Positions 48,155-57,464 of a stretch of 64,000 nucleotides of DNA are shown here, in pieces (positions within the stretch are counted from its first letter, which is position 1; every line of letters starts with the position of its first letter). The stretch lies in NCBI GenBank assembly GCA_902607585.1, contig CACLKP010000002.1, positions 2,408 to 66,407 on the forward strand. Direction: 5' to 3'. The position numbers and the translations under genes are program-made. The DNA is from an uncultured Pelagibacteraceae bacterium. Its GTDB lineage: Bacteria; Pseudomonadota; Alphaproteobacteria; Pelagibacterales; Pelagibacteraceae. The notes beneath the pieces are model-generated. The model searched no databases and was not told where the DNA came from. It worked only from the letters and a program-made list of their open reading frames with translations.

Positions 48155-48862
48155 TTACGAAATATTTTTTATTTCGTCATAGATTTTATTTTCTAAATTT
48201 TTAATAAATTCATCCCTATTTAAACCTGGTTTTATCGGTTCCAATAAAGATATTGTTATTTTACCAGAATATTTTATTATTCCGTTTTTCGGCCAGACGT
48301 TACCAGAATTGAGGGCAATCGGAATACATGAAATATTTAATGCTTCGTATATTCTTCCAACTCCTTTTTTAAAAGGTACTCTTTCATCTGTTTTTATTCT
48401 TGTACCTTGAGGGAATATTAAAAGAGGTCTATTTTCATTTTTAATAATTGTTGCAACTTTATCAAAAAAACTAAGATTATCTTTTGTTGTTGTATCTCTT
48501 ACTATTTCTATTGATTTAATTTTTTTTAAATAAAGTCCAAATAGTGGAATTTTTAAAAGTTCTTTTTTTAATATAAAGACAGGATAATCAAGTACAGCTT
48601 GAAGTGCAAAAGTTTCAAACATTGATTGATGCGCGGATGCCACAAAGTATTTTTCTGTTTTGGGAATATTGCTGATTCCTTTAATTTCTACTTTTGTATT
48701 TAAAAAAATTCTAACAACAAAAACTACATAGTGACCTAAGAATTTTCCAAATAATAAAGCAAATTTTGAAGGCAAAAATAATGTAGGTAGTGCAATTAAA
48801 AATATGGAAACTATTCCTGTATACAAAAAAAGATTAAATAGTAATGATCTTAAAAGTAGCAT
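48155..48862 (-). CDS. plsC: 1-acyl-sn-glycerol-3-phosphate acyltransferase
   Basis: The 235-aa ORF has an N-terminal TM segment, an HQS..E (HX4D-type variant) block and an FPQGTR block. Its stop abuts the tyrC stop with no spacer. Confidence 0.82.
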   Translation of the reverse strand: MLLLRSLLFNLFLYTGIVSIFLIALPTLFLPSKFALLFGKFLGHYVVFVVRIFLNTKVEIKGISNIPKTEKYFVASAHQSMFETFALQAVLDYPVFILKKELLKIPLFGLYLKKIKSIEIVRDTTTKDNLSFFDKVATIIKNENRPLLIFPQGTRIKTDERVPFKKGVGRIYEALNISCIPIALNSGNVWPKNGIIKYSGKITISLLEPIKPGLNRDEFIKNLENKIYDEIKNIS

Positions 48863-48880
48863 TTAAATTAATGTGTTGGA

Positions 48881-50110
48881 TTAATTATTAACCAAATTTT
48901 CTAAACTTTGCCTTTTTCTAATTACTCTATGTTTTGAGCCATTTACCATGATTTCAGCAATAGTAGGTCTTGTATTGTAATTTGATGATAAAGACATTCC
49001 ATAAGCACCCACATTAGCCAAACCCACATAATCGCCTTCTTTAATTTGTGAAAAACTTTTTTGATTAGAAAATTTATCAGAGCTTTCACACACGGGACCC
49101 ACGAACTCAAGATTTCCTTTAAATAGCTTATTTGTTTTTTTCAGAGGAACAATTTGATGATGGGCATTATATAAAGCTGATCGCATCAAATTATTCATAC
49201 CAGCATCTAGGACAATAAAATTTTTATTATTGCTTTTTTTGATATAAATAATTTTTGTAATTAAAATAGCTGCGTTTCCAATAATGAACCTTCCTGGCTC
49301 GAAAATAATTTTTGAATTTTTATTTTTTATAAATTTATTTACCAGTTGAGCATATTGTTTTAAATTAAGTTGCTTTTCTTTTTTTGAATAAGAAATTCCC
49401 ATGCCGCCACCAAGATCAATAAATTTAAAATTGATTTTAGTTTTATTTATTATTTTATTTATTACAGATAAAACTTTTTTAAATGGTTTAACATTTGTTA
49501 TTTGACTACCGATATGAACACTTAATCCTTCCAGTTTTAAATTCCTCATTTTTCTTATTTTTTTGCATACATTTATAAAATCATTATAAACCAAACCAAA
49601 TTTTTCACCTTTGCCGCCAGTAGATATTTTTTGATGTGTTTTTCCCGTTATGTTGGGATTTAATCTTATTCCAATAGAAATTTTTCTAGATATTTTTTTT
49701 GATATTTTATTAATAAGATTAACTTCATTTTCAGATTCAACATTAATTAAAAGTACTCTTTTTTTAATTGCCATTCTGATTTCCTCTTCAGTTTTTCCAA
49801 TGCCAGAAAAAACTATTTTTTTAGCACTAATTCCAGCTTTTGTTGCTTTCAACAATTCTCCAATAGAAACAACATCAGCTCCAGAACCCATTTTTTTTAA
49901 CTCCCTTAGTAAAGTTAGATTTGCATTTGATTTTACAGAAAAACATATTATTGGTTTAACAGTTCTAAATGTACTGTTAAAAGTGTGATAATTATTTTTT
50001 AATTGCGAAAGAGAATAGCAGTAAAAAGGTGTTCTATATTTTTTTACGAGTTTTTGTGCAGATATATTTTCAACACAAAGGTTATTTTTCCTAAGTTTGA
50101 TATAATTCAT
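48881..50110 (-). CDS. lysA: diaminopimelate decarboxylase
   Basis: The 409-aa ORF has FSVKSN (PLP Lys), HIGSQ, DLGGG, EPGR and GPVCES.D. Confidence 0.93.
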   Translation of the reverse strand: MNYIKLRKNNLCVENISAQKLVKKYRTPFYCYSLSQLKNNYHTFNSTFRTVKPIICFSVKSNANLTLLRELKKMGSGADVVSIGELLKATKAGISAKKIVFSGIGKTEEEIRMAIKKRVLLINVESENEVNLINKISKKISRKISIGIRLNPNITGKTHQKISTGGKGEKFGLVYNDFINVCKKIRKMRNLKLEGLSVHIGSQITNVKPFKKVLSVINKIINKTKINFKFIDLGGGMGISYSKKEKQLNLKQYAQLVNKFIKNKNSKIIFEPGRFIIGNAAILITKIIYIKKSNNKNFIVLDAGMNNLMRSALYNAHHQIVPLKKTNKLFKGNLEFVGPVCESSDKFSNQKSFSQIKEGDYVGLANVGAYGMSLSSNYNTRPTIAEIMVNGSKHRVIRKRQSLENLVNN

Positions 50111-50115
50111 TTTAT

Positions 50116-50232
50116 TTAAACTAAGTGTATAGTTTTATTGTAGTTACTCTGAGATTTATACTCAGGATCATCTTTTACTCCACATGAAGAGCAAAGCAAG
50201 CAAGTAGTAATAATTATTATTAATATTCGCAT
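50116..50232 (-). CDS. small lipoprotein (38 aa), LptM/YifL-like
   Basis: It is below the ORF-track size cutoff. The sequence is MRILIIIITTCLLCSSCGVKDDPEYKSQSNYNKTIHLV, a signal peptide followed by Cys-Gly-x-Lys. A TAATG overlap links it to the argH stop, and it ends 5 nt before the lysA start. A small lipoprotein occupies this argH/lysA slot in many proteobacteria. Confidence 0.55.
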   Translation of the reverse strand: MRILIIIITTCLLCSSCGVKDDPEYKSQSNYNKTIHLV

Positions 50233-51620
50233 TATTTGAATTCCTTTTTTAATTTAGATATCATTTTTTTTATATTTTTTATAGAAGTTCCTCCATATGA
50301 AGTTTTCAAATTTACTGAATTTCTAACATTAAATACTTTCATTACATTGTTATCTAAATCATTCTTCATTTTTTTTACTTCATAAAAATTAAGCTGGTTT
50401 AATTTCTTTTTATTCTTTTCAGCGTAGTTTACTAATTTGGCCGAAATTTTATACGCTTCTCTAAAAGATAAATTATTGTTTTGCACAAGGTAATCAGCGA
50501 AATCAGTAGCAGTAGTGTATCCTTCATTAGATAAAGCAAGCATTCTTCCTTTGTTTGGTTTTAAACTTTTAATCAGTTCATTGGTTATAATAATTGATTC
50601 TAAAAGCGTGTCATAACTATTAAACACTAGCGCTTTATCTTCCTGCATATCCTTGTAATATGATAACGGCAAGCCCTTCATAGTAGTTAACATTGCTTGT
50701 AATGATCCAAAATTTTTTCCTGCCCTACCTCTGATCAACTCTGCGGGATCTGGGTTTTTTTTTTGTGGCATGATAGAAGAGCCAGTCAACATTTTGTCAT
50801 CAAGTTTAATAAGTTTAAACACATCAGAATTCCAAATAATTATTTCTTCAGCAAATCTTGATATATGCATTGCACAAATTGAAGCTGAGGATAAAAAGTC
50901 CAAAGCAAAGTCTCTATCAGAAACAGAATCGATTGAATTGTTAGTTGGTTTTTTAAAACCTAATTTTTTAGAAGTAAAATTTCTATCTATTTTGTAGGAA
51001 GTTCCAGCTAGCGCACCTACACCAAGAGGACATTCATCTATATAATCTATATTACTAACAAATCTTTTTTGATCTCTTTTAAACATTTCAACATAAGCAA
51101 GTAGATAATGAGCAAAAGAAATTGGCTGTGCATTTTTTAAATGAGTAAAGCCAGGCATAATTGTTTCGATATTACTTTCTGATTTTTTTAGAAAACTTTT
51201 AATTAAATCATTTATGTTTTTAATTATTTCGTAAGACGCTTTTTTTATCCATAATTTAAAATCAGTAATTACCTGATCATTTCTAGATCTTGCAATATGC
51301 AAATAACCAGCATCGTCTCCTATAATTTTGAAAAGTCTTTTTTCAATATTTAGATGAATATCTTCATATTTGTTATTGAAATTAAATTTATTTTTTCTAA
51401 TTTCACTTCTAATTTTTTTTAGGCCATTGATTATTTTATTGCCTTTTTTTTTGTTAATTATTTTTTGTTTAGCCAACATTTGTGCGTGTACAATAGAACC
51501 AAAAATGTCTTCTTCGAACAGTCTTTTATCAATATCAATTGATGCGCCAATTTTTTCAAAAATTTTTGACGTAGCTTTATTAAATCTAGTACTCCAAACA
51601 GTTTTATTTTTGTTTTTCAT
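50232..51620 (-). CDS. argH: argininosuccinate lyase
   Basis: The 462-aa ORF has W..RF, HIARSRNDQV and GSSIMPQKKNPD. Confidence 0.95.
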   Translation of the reverse strand: MKNKNKTVWSTRFNKATSKIFEKIGASIDIDKRLFEEDIFGSIVHAQMLAKQKIINKKKGNKIINGLKKIRSEIRKNKFNFNNKYEDIHLNIEKRLFKIIGDDAGYLHIARSRNDQVITDFKLWIKKASYEIIKNINDLIKSFLKKSESNIETIMPGFTHLKNAQPISFAHYLLAYVEMFKRDQKRFVSNIDYIDECPLGVGALAGTSYKIDRNFTSKKLGFKKPTNNSIDSVSDRDFALDFLSSASICAMHISRFAEEIIIWNSDVFKLIKLDDKMLTGSSIMPQKKNPDPAELIRGRAGKNFGSLQAMLTTMKGLPLSYYKDMQEDKALVFNSYDTLLESIIITNELIKSLKPNKGRMLALSNEGYTTATDFADYLVQNNNLSFREAYKISAKLVNYAEKNKKKLNQLNFYEVKKMKNDLDNNVMKVFNVRNSVNLKTSYGGTSIKNIKKMISKLKKEFK

Positions 51621-51795
51621 GTGTTAAGTTCTTATTTTTAATGCTTACAAATAAAAAAATTGTAAAGTTTTTATTTTTCTTCATCTGCTTTAGTATTTTT
51701 TATCAATATCACAAACAAATGAAGATGTTCCACTTAATAATATAGCGATAAATGAAATTCCAAAGCCAATTTCGTCAGTTATATTTGAATATTTT

Positions 51796-52509
51796 TTGGA
51801 TCATGAAATTAATATTAAAGAACTATCATGGAAAACTTGTGATTATCAAATTATGACTAATTATATTTTAGATGTTGCTACTATATCTCCATTATCAAAA
51901 AATAAACCACGACAAGCTATTATATTGTGTCACGGTTATGGTGGTGACGGAAAAGATATAAGTAGTCTTGCTATTAACTGGCAGCGTTTTTTACCAGATG
52001 CTATTTTTTTATGTCCCAATGCACCTGAAGTATGTTCTATTAACCCGCAGGGTTATCAATGGTTTGATGCAACACTGGAAAAGGAAGAAGAAATTCTTGA
52101 AAAATCTTTGATAGCCGAAGAAAAGCTAAATATATTTTTAGACCAAGTTTTTAATAATCTTCAAATAGAAACAACTAATTTAGCGTTGGTAGGTTTCAGC
52201 CAAGGTTGCATGATAGCTATTCAAGTTGGATTAAAAAAAAAGAAACAATTAAATTGTTTAGTTGGTTATTCTGGAAAAGTAATTAATCAAAAACATCTAT
52301 CAGATAATATTAATTCTAAGCCAAAGATATTTTTGATGCACGGAGAAAATGATACAATTGTTTCACCAACACATCTATTAGAAGCAAAAGAATATTTAAA
52401 AAATCACGGTATTAATGCTAAAATTAAAATGTTTAAAAATTGCGAACATAAAATCCCCATAGAAGGTTCAAGTCTTGGTCTCAGTTTTTTGAAAAAAAAT
52501 CTTTTATAA
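51796..52509 (+). CDS. phospholipase/carboxylesterase-family alpha/beta hydrolase
   Basis: The 237-aa ORF has ILCHGYGGDG, the nucleophile motif GFSQG and HGENDTIV. The start is uncertain: TTG 51796 or the in-frame ATG at codon 20. Confidence 0.8.
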   Translation: MDHEINIKELSWKTCDYQIMTNYILDVATISPLSKNKPRQAIILCHGYGGDGKDISSLAINWQRFLPDAIFLCPNAPEVCSINPQGYQWFDATLEKEEEILEKSLIAEEKLNIFLDQVFNNLQIETTNLALVGFSQGCMIAIQVGLKKKKQLNCLVGYSGKVINQKHLSDNINSKPKIFLMHGENDTIVSPTHLLEAKEYLKNHGINAKIKMFKNCEHKIPIEGSSLGLSFLKKNLL

Positions 52510-52572
52510 TTGAAACATTTTTTTAACAAACTACTTCTTGCAAAATTTATTTTAATCCGTTAACTTATTCGT

Positions 52573-53142
52573 ATGATTATAGCAGCTTCTGAAAAAGTAC
52601 CTTTGGAAAAATGCCCAGCATTAGTTTTAAATGCTGATTTTAGACCTTTAAGTTATTACCCACTTTCACTTTGGTGCTGGCAAGATGCGGTTAAATCAGT
52701 TTTTCTTGAAAGAGTTAGTATTGTATCTAATTACAAAAGAAAAATAAGGAGCCCATCATTCGAAATGAGTTTACCAAGTGTTATAGCTTTAAAAAATTTT
52801 ATAAAACCTTCTGAGCATCCAAGTTTTACTAGATTTAATGTATTTTTAAGAGATAAATTTGCTTGTCAATATTGTGGAGATAAAAAAGATTTAACTTTTG
52901 ATCATCTGTTACCAAAATCAAAAGGTGGTGTTACAGATTGGGAAAATGTTGTTACAGCATGTTCAACTTGTAACGTTCAAAAGGGGGGTAGATTATATCC
53001 TGTTTCCGGAATGACATTATACAAGAAGCCTTTCAGACCAACGGTAGACGATTTACATCAAAACGGAAGAAACTTTCCTCCTAATTTTTTACATGAAAGT
53101 TGGATGGATTATCTGTATTGGGATGTTGAACTTTTACCTTAA
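52573..53142 (+). CDS. stand-alone HNH endonuclease-family protein
   Basis: The 189-aa ORF contains CQYCG....LTFDHLLPKSKGG...WENVVTACSTCNVQKG, an HNH motif with two CxxC pairs. Confidence 0.8.
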   Translation: MIIAASEKVPLEKCPALVLNADFRPLSYYPLSLWCWQDAVKSVFLERVSIVSNYKRKIRSPSFEMSLPSVIALKNFIKPSEHPSFTRFNVFLRDKFACQYCGDKKDLTFDHLLPKSKGGVTDWENVVTACSTCNVQKGGRLYPVSGMTLYKKPFRPTVDDLHQNGRNFPPNFLHESWMDYLYWDVELLP

Positions 53143-53147
53143 TAAAA

Positions 53148-53681
53148 TTAAATTTTTTCAGAAATAGTTATAGCAATTCTCGATCCTGTTTTAATTACTT
53201 TGTCCATTACAGAATAAAGTCCTTTGTTAGTAGCACCAGTCTCATAAGCTATATTTTTGTGGTTAACTTCGTCTCTTTTAAATTTCTCGATTTTAGCTTT
53301 TAAATCTATTTCATCATTACCTATTTTTTTTAACTGGTTTTGATAGTGGTCCTCAATTACCTCTTCAACTGAAGCTGTACAAAGCATAGCTGCTTTTTTC
53401 CCAAGAAGCACAGTGCCAAATCCTAGAGCTACACCCATTACATCCCACAACGGAAGTAAGTAAGTAGGTTTTATTTTTCTTTTTTGAATTTCTTTCTCAA
53501 AATATTGTAAGTGTTCTTTTTCCTGTTCTTTCATTTCTTCGATTTTATCTTTTAAAGTTTCATCTTGCTTTATTGTCTTTAGAGCTAATAATTGTCCTTC
53601 GTAAATTTTTATAGCACCACGCTCACCGGCGTGATCAACTCTTATAATTTCTTCCAAAGTTTTTTGATTAGTTTTTTCCAT
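53148..53681 (-). CDS. coq7: demethoxyubiquinone hydroxylase (di-iron Coq7 family)
   Basis: The 177-aa ORF has RVDHAGERGA..IYEGQ, plus EKEH and E..H carboxylate motifs. Confidence 0.88.
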   Translation of the reverse strand: MEKTNQKTLEEIIRVDHAGERGAIKIYEGQLLALKTIKQDETLKDKIEEMKEQEKEHLQYFEKEIQKRKIKPTYLLPLWDVMGVALGFGTVLLGKKAAMLCTASVEEVIEDHYQNQLKKIGNDEIDLKAKIEKFKRDEVNHKNIAYETGATNKGLYSVMDKVIKTGSRIAITISEKI

Positions 53682-54150
53682 AATTTAAAAATAATTTTAT
53701 AAATATAACACTTAGAACTAGAGAAAAAATAGTATTAATTGCAGCAAGGGATAAACCTAATATTCTGAAACTTACATCTTTACAACTTATGTTATTTTGT
53801 TTTAGTTGTTCCAGAAGTTGCTCTTTCGATAATGTTTCTAACAAATCCGGAGCCGTACATGCTAATGATTCACTAAAAAAACCTTGCTCGATCCCAAAGT
53901 GATAAAAAGCTAGAGCTGTGCTACTAACAAATATCAAAGTCAGAATTAATAAAGTGATTTTTGCATATTTTTTAAGAAAAAACATTTTTATTATTAGTAG
54001 AATTGCAAGAAAATACGGGATTCGTTGATAGAGACATAACTTACATGGCTCATGACCCAACCAATATTGAATTATTAAAGCAGACGTTATTGTTAACGAA
54101 ATAACAGCAAAAATAACAATAAGAAATATATTATTTGTTTGTTTCAGCAT
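53668..54150 (-). CDS. DsbB-family disulfide bond formation protein
   Basis: The 160-aa ORF has 4 TM segments, CKLCLYQRIPYF in TM1/loop1 and a second Cys pair (C...C) in the second loop. It overlaps coq7 by 14 nt. Confidence 0.75.
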   Translation of the reverse strand: MLKQTNNIFLIVIFAVISLTITSALIIQYWLGHEPCKLCLYQRIPYFLAILLIIKMFFLKKYAKITLLILTLIFVSSTALAFYHFGIEQGFFSESLACTAPDLLETLSKEQLLEQLKQNNISCKDVSFRILGLSLAAINTIFSLVLSVIFIKLFLNYGKN

Positions 54151-54157
54151 TATTTAT

Positions 54158-54751
54158 TTAAAAAATATGAAAGTAAATTCCTGTAGCTATTATAATAATT
54201 ATTACAGCTATTATTATAGCCCACTGACCACCTTTCTTTTCCAAAAAAGGGCCAAATTTAGATCCAAATTTATAAGTTAAATAAGCTACTAAGAAAAATC
54301 TTAGACCTCGTGTTACAATACAAATGAAAACAAAAGATGCTAAGTTGAAGTGAATAATTCCACTGGAAATAGTTAAAAGCTTGAATGGTAAAGGTGTAAA
54401 ACCTGCGGTAAATAATATACCCAGCCATGCTTTAAAACCTCCACCTGTCGAAAATTTTTCTCCGAAAGTAACAGAGTATTCATAACCATAAAATTCTAAA
54501 ATTTGTATCGCAATTTCATATAAAGAATAACCAATATAATAACCGAACAAAGCTCCTAAAACTGAAAAAATTGTTGCTATTAAGGCTATTTGAATAAATT
54601 CATTTTTTTTTGATACAACCATCGGAACAATCATCACATCAGGTGGTATAGGAAAAAAAGAGCTTTCTATAAATGCCTCGATTGCTAAAATTGGTTTTGC
54701 GTACTTATATCCTGCCCAAGTAACACATTTATCGTATAATTTTTTGATCAT
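54158..54751 (-). CDS. YqaA/DedA-type (SNARE-associated) membrane protein
   Basis: The 197-aa polytopic protein has the ESSFFPIPPDV motif typical of the YqaA/DedA superfamily. Confidence 0.72.
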   Translation of the reverse strand: MIKKLYDKCVTWAGYKYAKPILAIEAFIESSFFPIPPDVMIVPMVVSKKNEFIQIALIATIFSVLGALFGYYIGYSLYEIAIQILEFYGYEYSVTFGEKFSTGGGFKAWLGILFTAGFTPLPFKLLTISSGIIHFNLASFVFICIVTRGLRFFLVAYLTYKFGSKFGPFLEKKGGQWAIIIAVIIIIIATGIYFHIF

Positions 54752-54757
54752 TTTTAT

Positions 54758-55399
54758 TTAAATTTTTATAAAACTATTTTTAAGTGCTTTCTCCCACTTT
54801 ATATTTGAATCTTTGTTGAATGTTATATCTAAATCAATATCTGATAAAATCCAACCACCTCTTTCCATTTCCCCCTCAAGCTGACCGTCTCCCCATCCGG
54901 AATAACCAAAAATGACCAAGCTTTTTTCTGGTCCTTTATTTTCAGCTATATCAAGCATAATATTATAATCTGAGCTAATTGAAATATTTCCGTAATTTTT
55001 AGTGGTTTCACTTTGATATTCAACTGAATGTAATACAAAAATTTCTTTTACATCAACAGGCCCACCCCAAAATACTGGAATATTTATCTTAAATAACTTC
55101 TCCCTTTCTTTTGATGTATTTAGAGATGGGTCTATTAATAAAGCAATTGGCATTGTTCCTAAACGTTTATTTATCACAAGGCCCCAAGCTCCATTTTTAT
55201 CATTCTCCAACATAACGATTACTGATTTACTGAATCTAGTATCTTTCATTTCTTCTGTGGCAATTAAAAAGTGATCTTTTACGCTATTATAAAATTTACC
55301 TTTCAGGTAATTTTTTGGACCTTCAGCCAACGTGATACCGTTATTAAATAACGATATTGTTATTATAAAACTCAATAATAATAATATTCTTTTATTCAT
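54758..55399 (-). CDS. YqgE/AlgH (UPF0301) family protein with an N-terminal signal-like extension
   Basis: The core HFLIATEEMKDTRFSKSVIVMLENDKNGAWGLVINK aligns with the E. coli YqgE N-terminus as I recall it. It is preceded by MNKRILLLLSFIITISLFNNGITLAEG. I prefer ATG 55399 to the track's 55420. Confidence 0.78.
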   Translation of the reverse strand: MNKRILLLLSFIITISLFNNGITLAEGPKNYLKGKFYNSVKDHFLIATEEMKDTRFSKSVIVMLENDKNGAWGLVINKRLGTMPIALLIDPSLNTSKEREKLFKINIPVFWGGPVDVKEIFVLHSVEYQSETTKNYGNISISSDYNIMLDIAENKGPEKSLVIFGYSGWGDGQLEGEMERGGWILSDIDLDITFNKDSNIKWEKALKNSFIKI

Positions 55400-55420
55400 A
55401 AAATCTTTATAATAACACAT

Positions 55421-56269
55421 ATGAATATTGTTACAGACGTAATTTTACCTTTAGCTCTAGCTTTTATAATGTTTGTATTGGGCTTAGGGTTAACTGGTGC
55501 TGATTTTTTAAGAGTAATAAAACAGCCTCGTGACTTTTTTGTTGGGGCTGTTTCACAAATTATATTACTTCCAATTATTGCATTTATTCTAGTGAAAATA
55601 TGGCCTATAGCTCCTGAGCTGGCTATTGGAGTGATGATTATTGCGGCTGCGCCTGGAGGTGTAACATCTAATTTATTAACTTCTTTTGCAAAAGGTGATG
55701 TAGCTCTTTCAATATCTCTTACAGCGATAATTAGTTTATTGTGTGTTATCACAATTCCATTTATCGTTTTAACATCTGTAGGGTTATTAGGTGATTTAAA
55801 TATAAACCAAGATATTTCTTTGTTTAGTATGTCACGGGACATGTTTTTAATTGTTACTGTGCCAGTAATATTAGGCATGCTACTAAGAAGATTTGCTTCT
55901 GGAGCTGCACTGAAATTTGAACCAATAGCAAAAAAAGTATCTATCGTGCTTTTTGTAATTGTTTTATTGGGCGCAATTGTTGCAGAAAGAGAAAATGTTA
56001 AAGATTATTTCGCGCAAGCAGGTCTAATAACTTTGGTGCTTAATATAGTTATGATGGTTGTAGCATATTATATTGCGCAGTTACTTGCTTCTGGAAAGGA
56101 GCAAAAAAAATGTATTACCATCGAGTGTGGTTTGCAAAATGGGACACTTGCCATATTTGTGGCGACCACAATTTTTGGTGGCGGAATGTATGTTATACCT
56201 GCAGCCACTTATAGTTTAATAATGTTCGCAACCTCTTTAATATTCGTATATTTAGTAAGAAAAATATAA
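55421..56269 (+). CDS. bile acid:sodium symporter (BASS) family transporter
   Basis: The 282-aa polytopic protein has AAAPGGVTSN and ECGLQNGTLA signature motifs. A perfect TATAAT (55408-55413) ends 7 nt before the ATG. Confidence 0.85.
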   Translation: MNIVTDVILPLALAFIMFVLGLGLTGADFLRVIKQPRDFFVGAVSQIILLPIIAFILVKIWPIAPELAIGVMIIAAAPGGVTSNLLTSFAKGDVALSISLTAIISLLCVITIPFIVLTSVGLLGDLNINQDISLFSMSRDMFLIVTVPVILGMLLRRFASGAALKFEPIAKKVSIVLFVIVLLGAIVAERENVKDYFAQAGLITLVLNIVMMVVAYYIAQLLASGKEQKKCITIECGLQNGTLAIFVATTIFGGGMYVIPAATYSLIMFATSLIFVYLVRKI

Positions 56270-56291
56270 AATATTTTTATCAAATTTTGTG

Positions 56292-57464
56292 ATGAAGAAT
56301 TCATATTTAGTTATAGCTTCATGTTTAATGGGTATATTTTTGCTTTATATACTACTGTTTATCCATACTTTTTTTAATTTTCAAAATGAATTTACATATT
56401 CATTTAAATCATTAGAAAATTTAAATTTCCATGAAAAATATTCTAAAAAAATTCATCATATTAGGGAGGAGGTAGCTTTAAGTTTATTATTTAAAAAACC
56501 AAAAGTGGAAGATCTATTATTTTCTACAATTAATGAACTCGAAGGTAAAAAAAAAATTGTTTTGATCCAAGGAGATTCGTGGATGGAGCAGCTAACCTCA
56601 ATGAGTGACCAAAATTTTATTTCGTTAGATTTAGTAAAAAACTTTGCAGATAAAAAAAAAATAGGTTTTATTAATGCGGGAATAAGTTCATATTCTCCCG
56701 CTTTAATGAATTTACAGCTTGATGTACTGCAAGAAGATTTTCAGATATTTCCGACTATAGTTATAGCTTATATTGATCAAACCGATATTGGTGATGAAAT
56801 TTGCAGATATAAAAATAATAAAATTTACAAAAATGGAATTTTACAATCAGTACAACCTGAAGCTCATTTAATGTATAAGGATTTGTTTAATTATTCACAA
56901 ATTTATGGACTATCCAGAATTTATTTAAATGATAACTCCAAAATTACCAAAACGTTTCAGTTAATTAATTTTAAATTTAAATACAACCTAACAAAATCTA
57001 CTATAAGATTTTATAGAAAACATATCTCTCGTTCGAAAACAGATAAAGATAGACTAAACAAATGTTATTGGGGTGAAATTGAAAAATATTTAATTAAACC
57101 AAGTGAATCAGATATAAAATATTTCACAAATTCATTAAAAGATTATGTAAAAAAAATAAATCAAAAAAAACACATAAAAAAATTAATTTTTGTAACATTT
57201 CCACATAAAAAACATTTTTACATAAACTCAGATCAAACATCTTCATATACATTGAATGTATCTGACATAGTTGATAATGTTATAAAAGATAAAAAAAATA
57301 TTGCACATATTAACTTTAGTAAAATGTTATTAAATGATAAAAATTTTAATTATAAAAACATTTGGGCTAAGGATAATATACATTTAAATTCCTATTTTCA
57401 TGGAAACTTATTTTTTCAGAAAATTTTAGACGAATTGTTAAAATACGAAAATTTGGTCCCGTAG
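56292..57464 (+). CDS. membrane-anchored SGNH/GDSL-like hydrolase or acyltransferase, function unknown
   Basis: It has an N-terminal TM anchor, IVLIQGDSWME (GDS block I) and WAKDNIHLN (DxxH block V) near the C-terminus. The assignment rests on motifs only. The last 10 nt, including the stop, overlap tRNA-Arg. Confidence 0.5.
   Translation: MKNSYLVIASCLMGIFLLYILLFIHTFFNFQNEFTYSFKSLENLNFHEKYSKKIHHIREEVALSLLFKKPKVEDLLFSTINELEGKKKIVLIQGDSWMEQLTSMSDQNFISLDLVKNFADKKKIGFINAGISSYSPALMNLQLDVLQEDFQIFPTIVIAYIDQTDIGDEICRYKNNKIYKNGILQSVQPEAHLMYKDLFNYSQIYGLSRIYLNDNSKITKTFQLINFKFKYNLTKSTIRFYRKHISRSKTDKDRLNKCYWGEIEKYLIKPSESDIKYFTNSLKDYVKKINQKKHIKKLIFVTFPHKKHFYINSDQTSSYTLNVSDIVDNVIKDKKNIAHINFSKMLLNDKNFNYKNIWAKDNIHLNSYFHGNLFFQKILDELLKYENLVP

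Noticed and set aside
51600-51700. A 26-codon minus-strand uORF (MKKNKNFTIFLFVSIKNKNLTHEKQK) overlapping the argH start as a possible leader peptide.
   Set aside because: It has no SD, no Arg codon run and no associated terminator or antiterminator structure. It is AT-rich chance ORF territory.
55396-55878. A 160-aa minus-strand ORF from the track, overlapping the start of the BASS transporter gene.
   Set aside because: It is antisense to a transporter gene with clear family motifs. Its translation has no recognisable domain and looks like a mirror-frame artefact.
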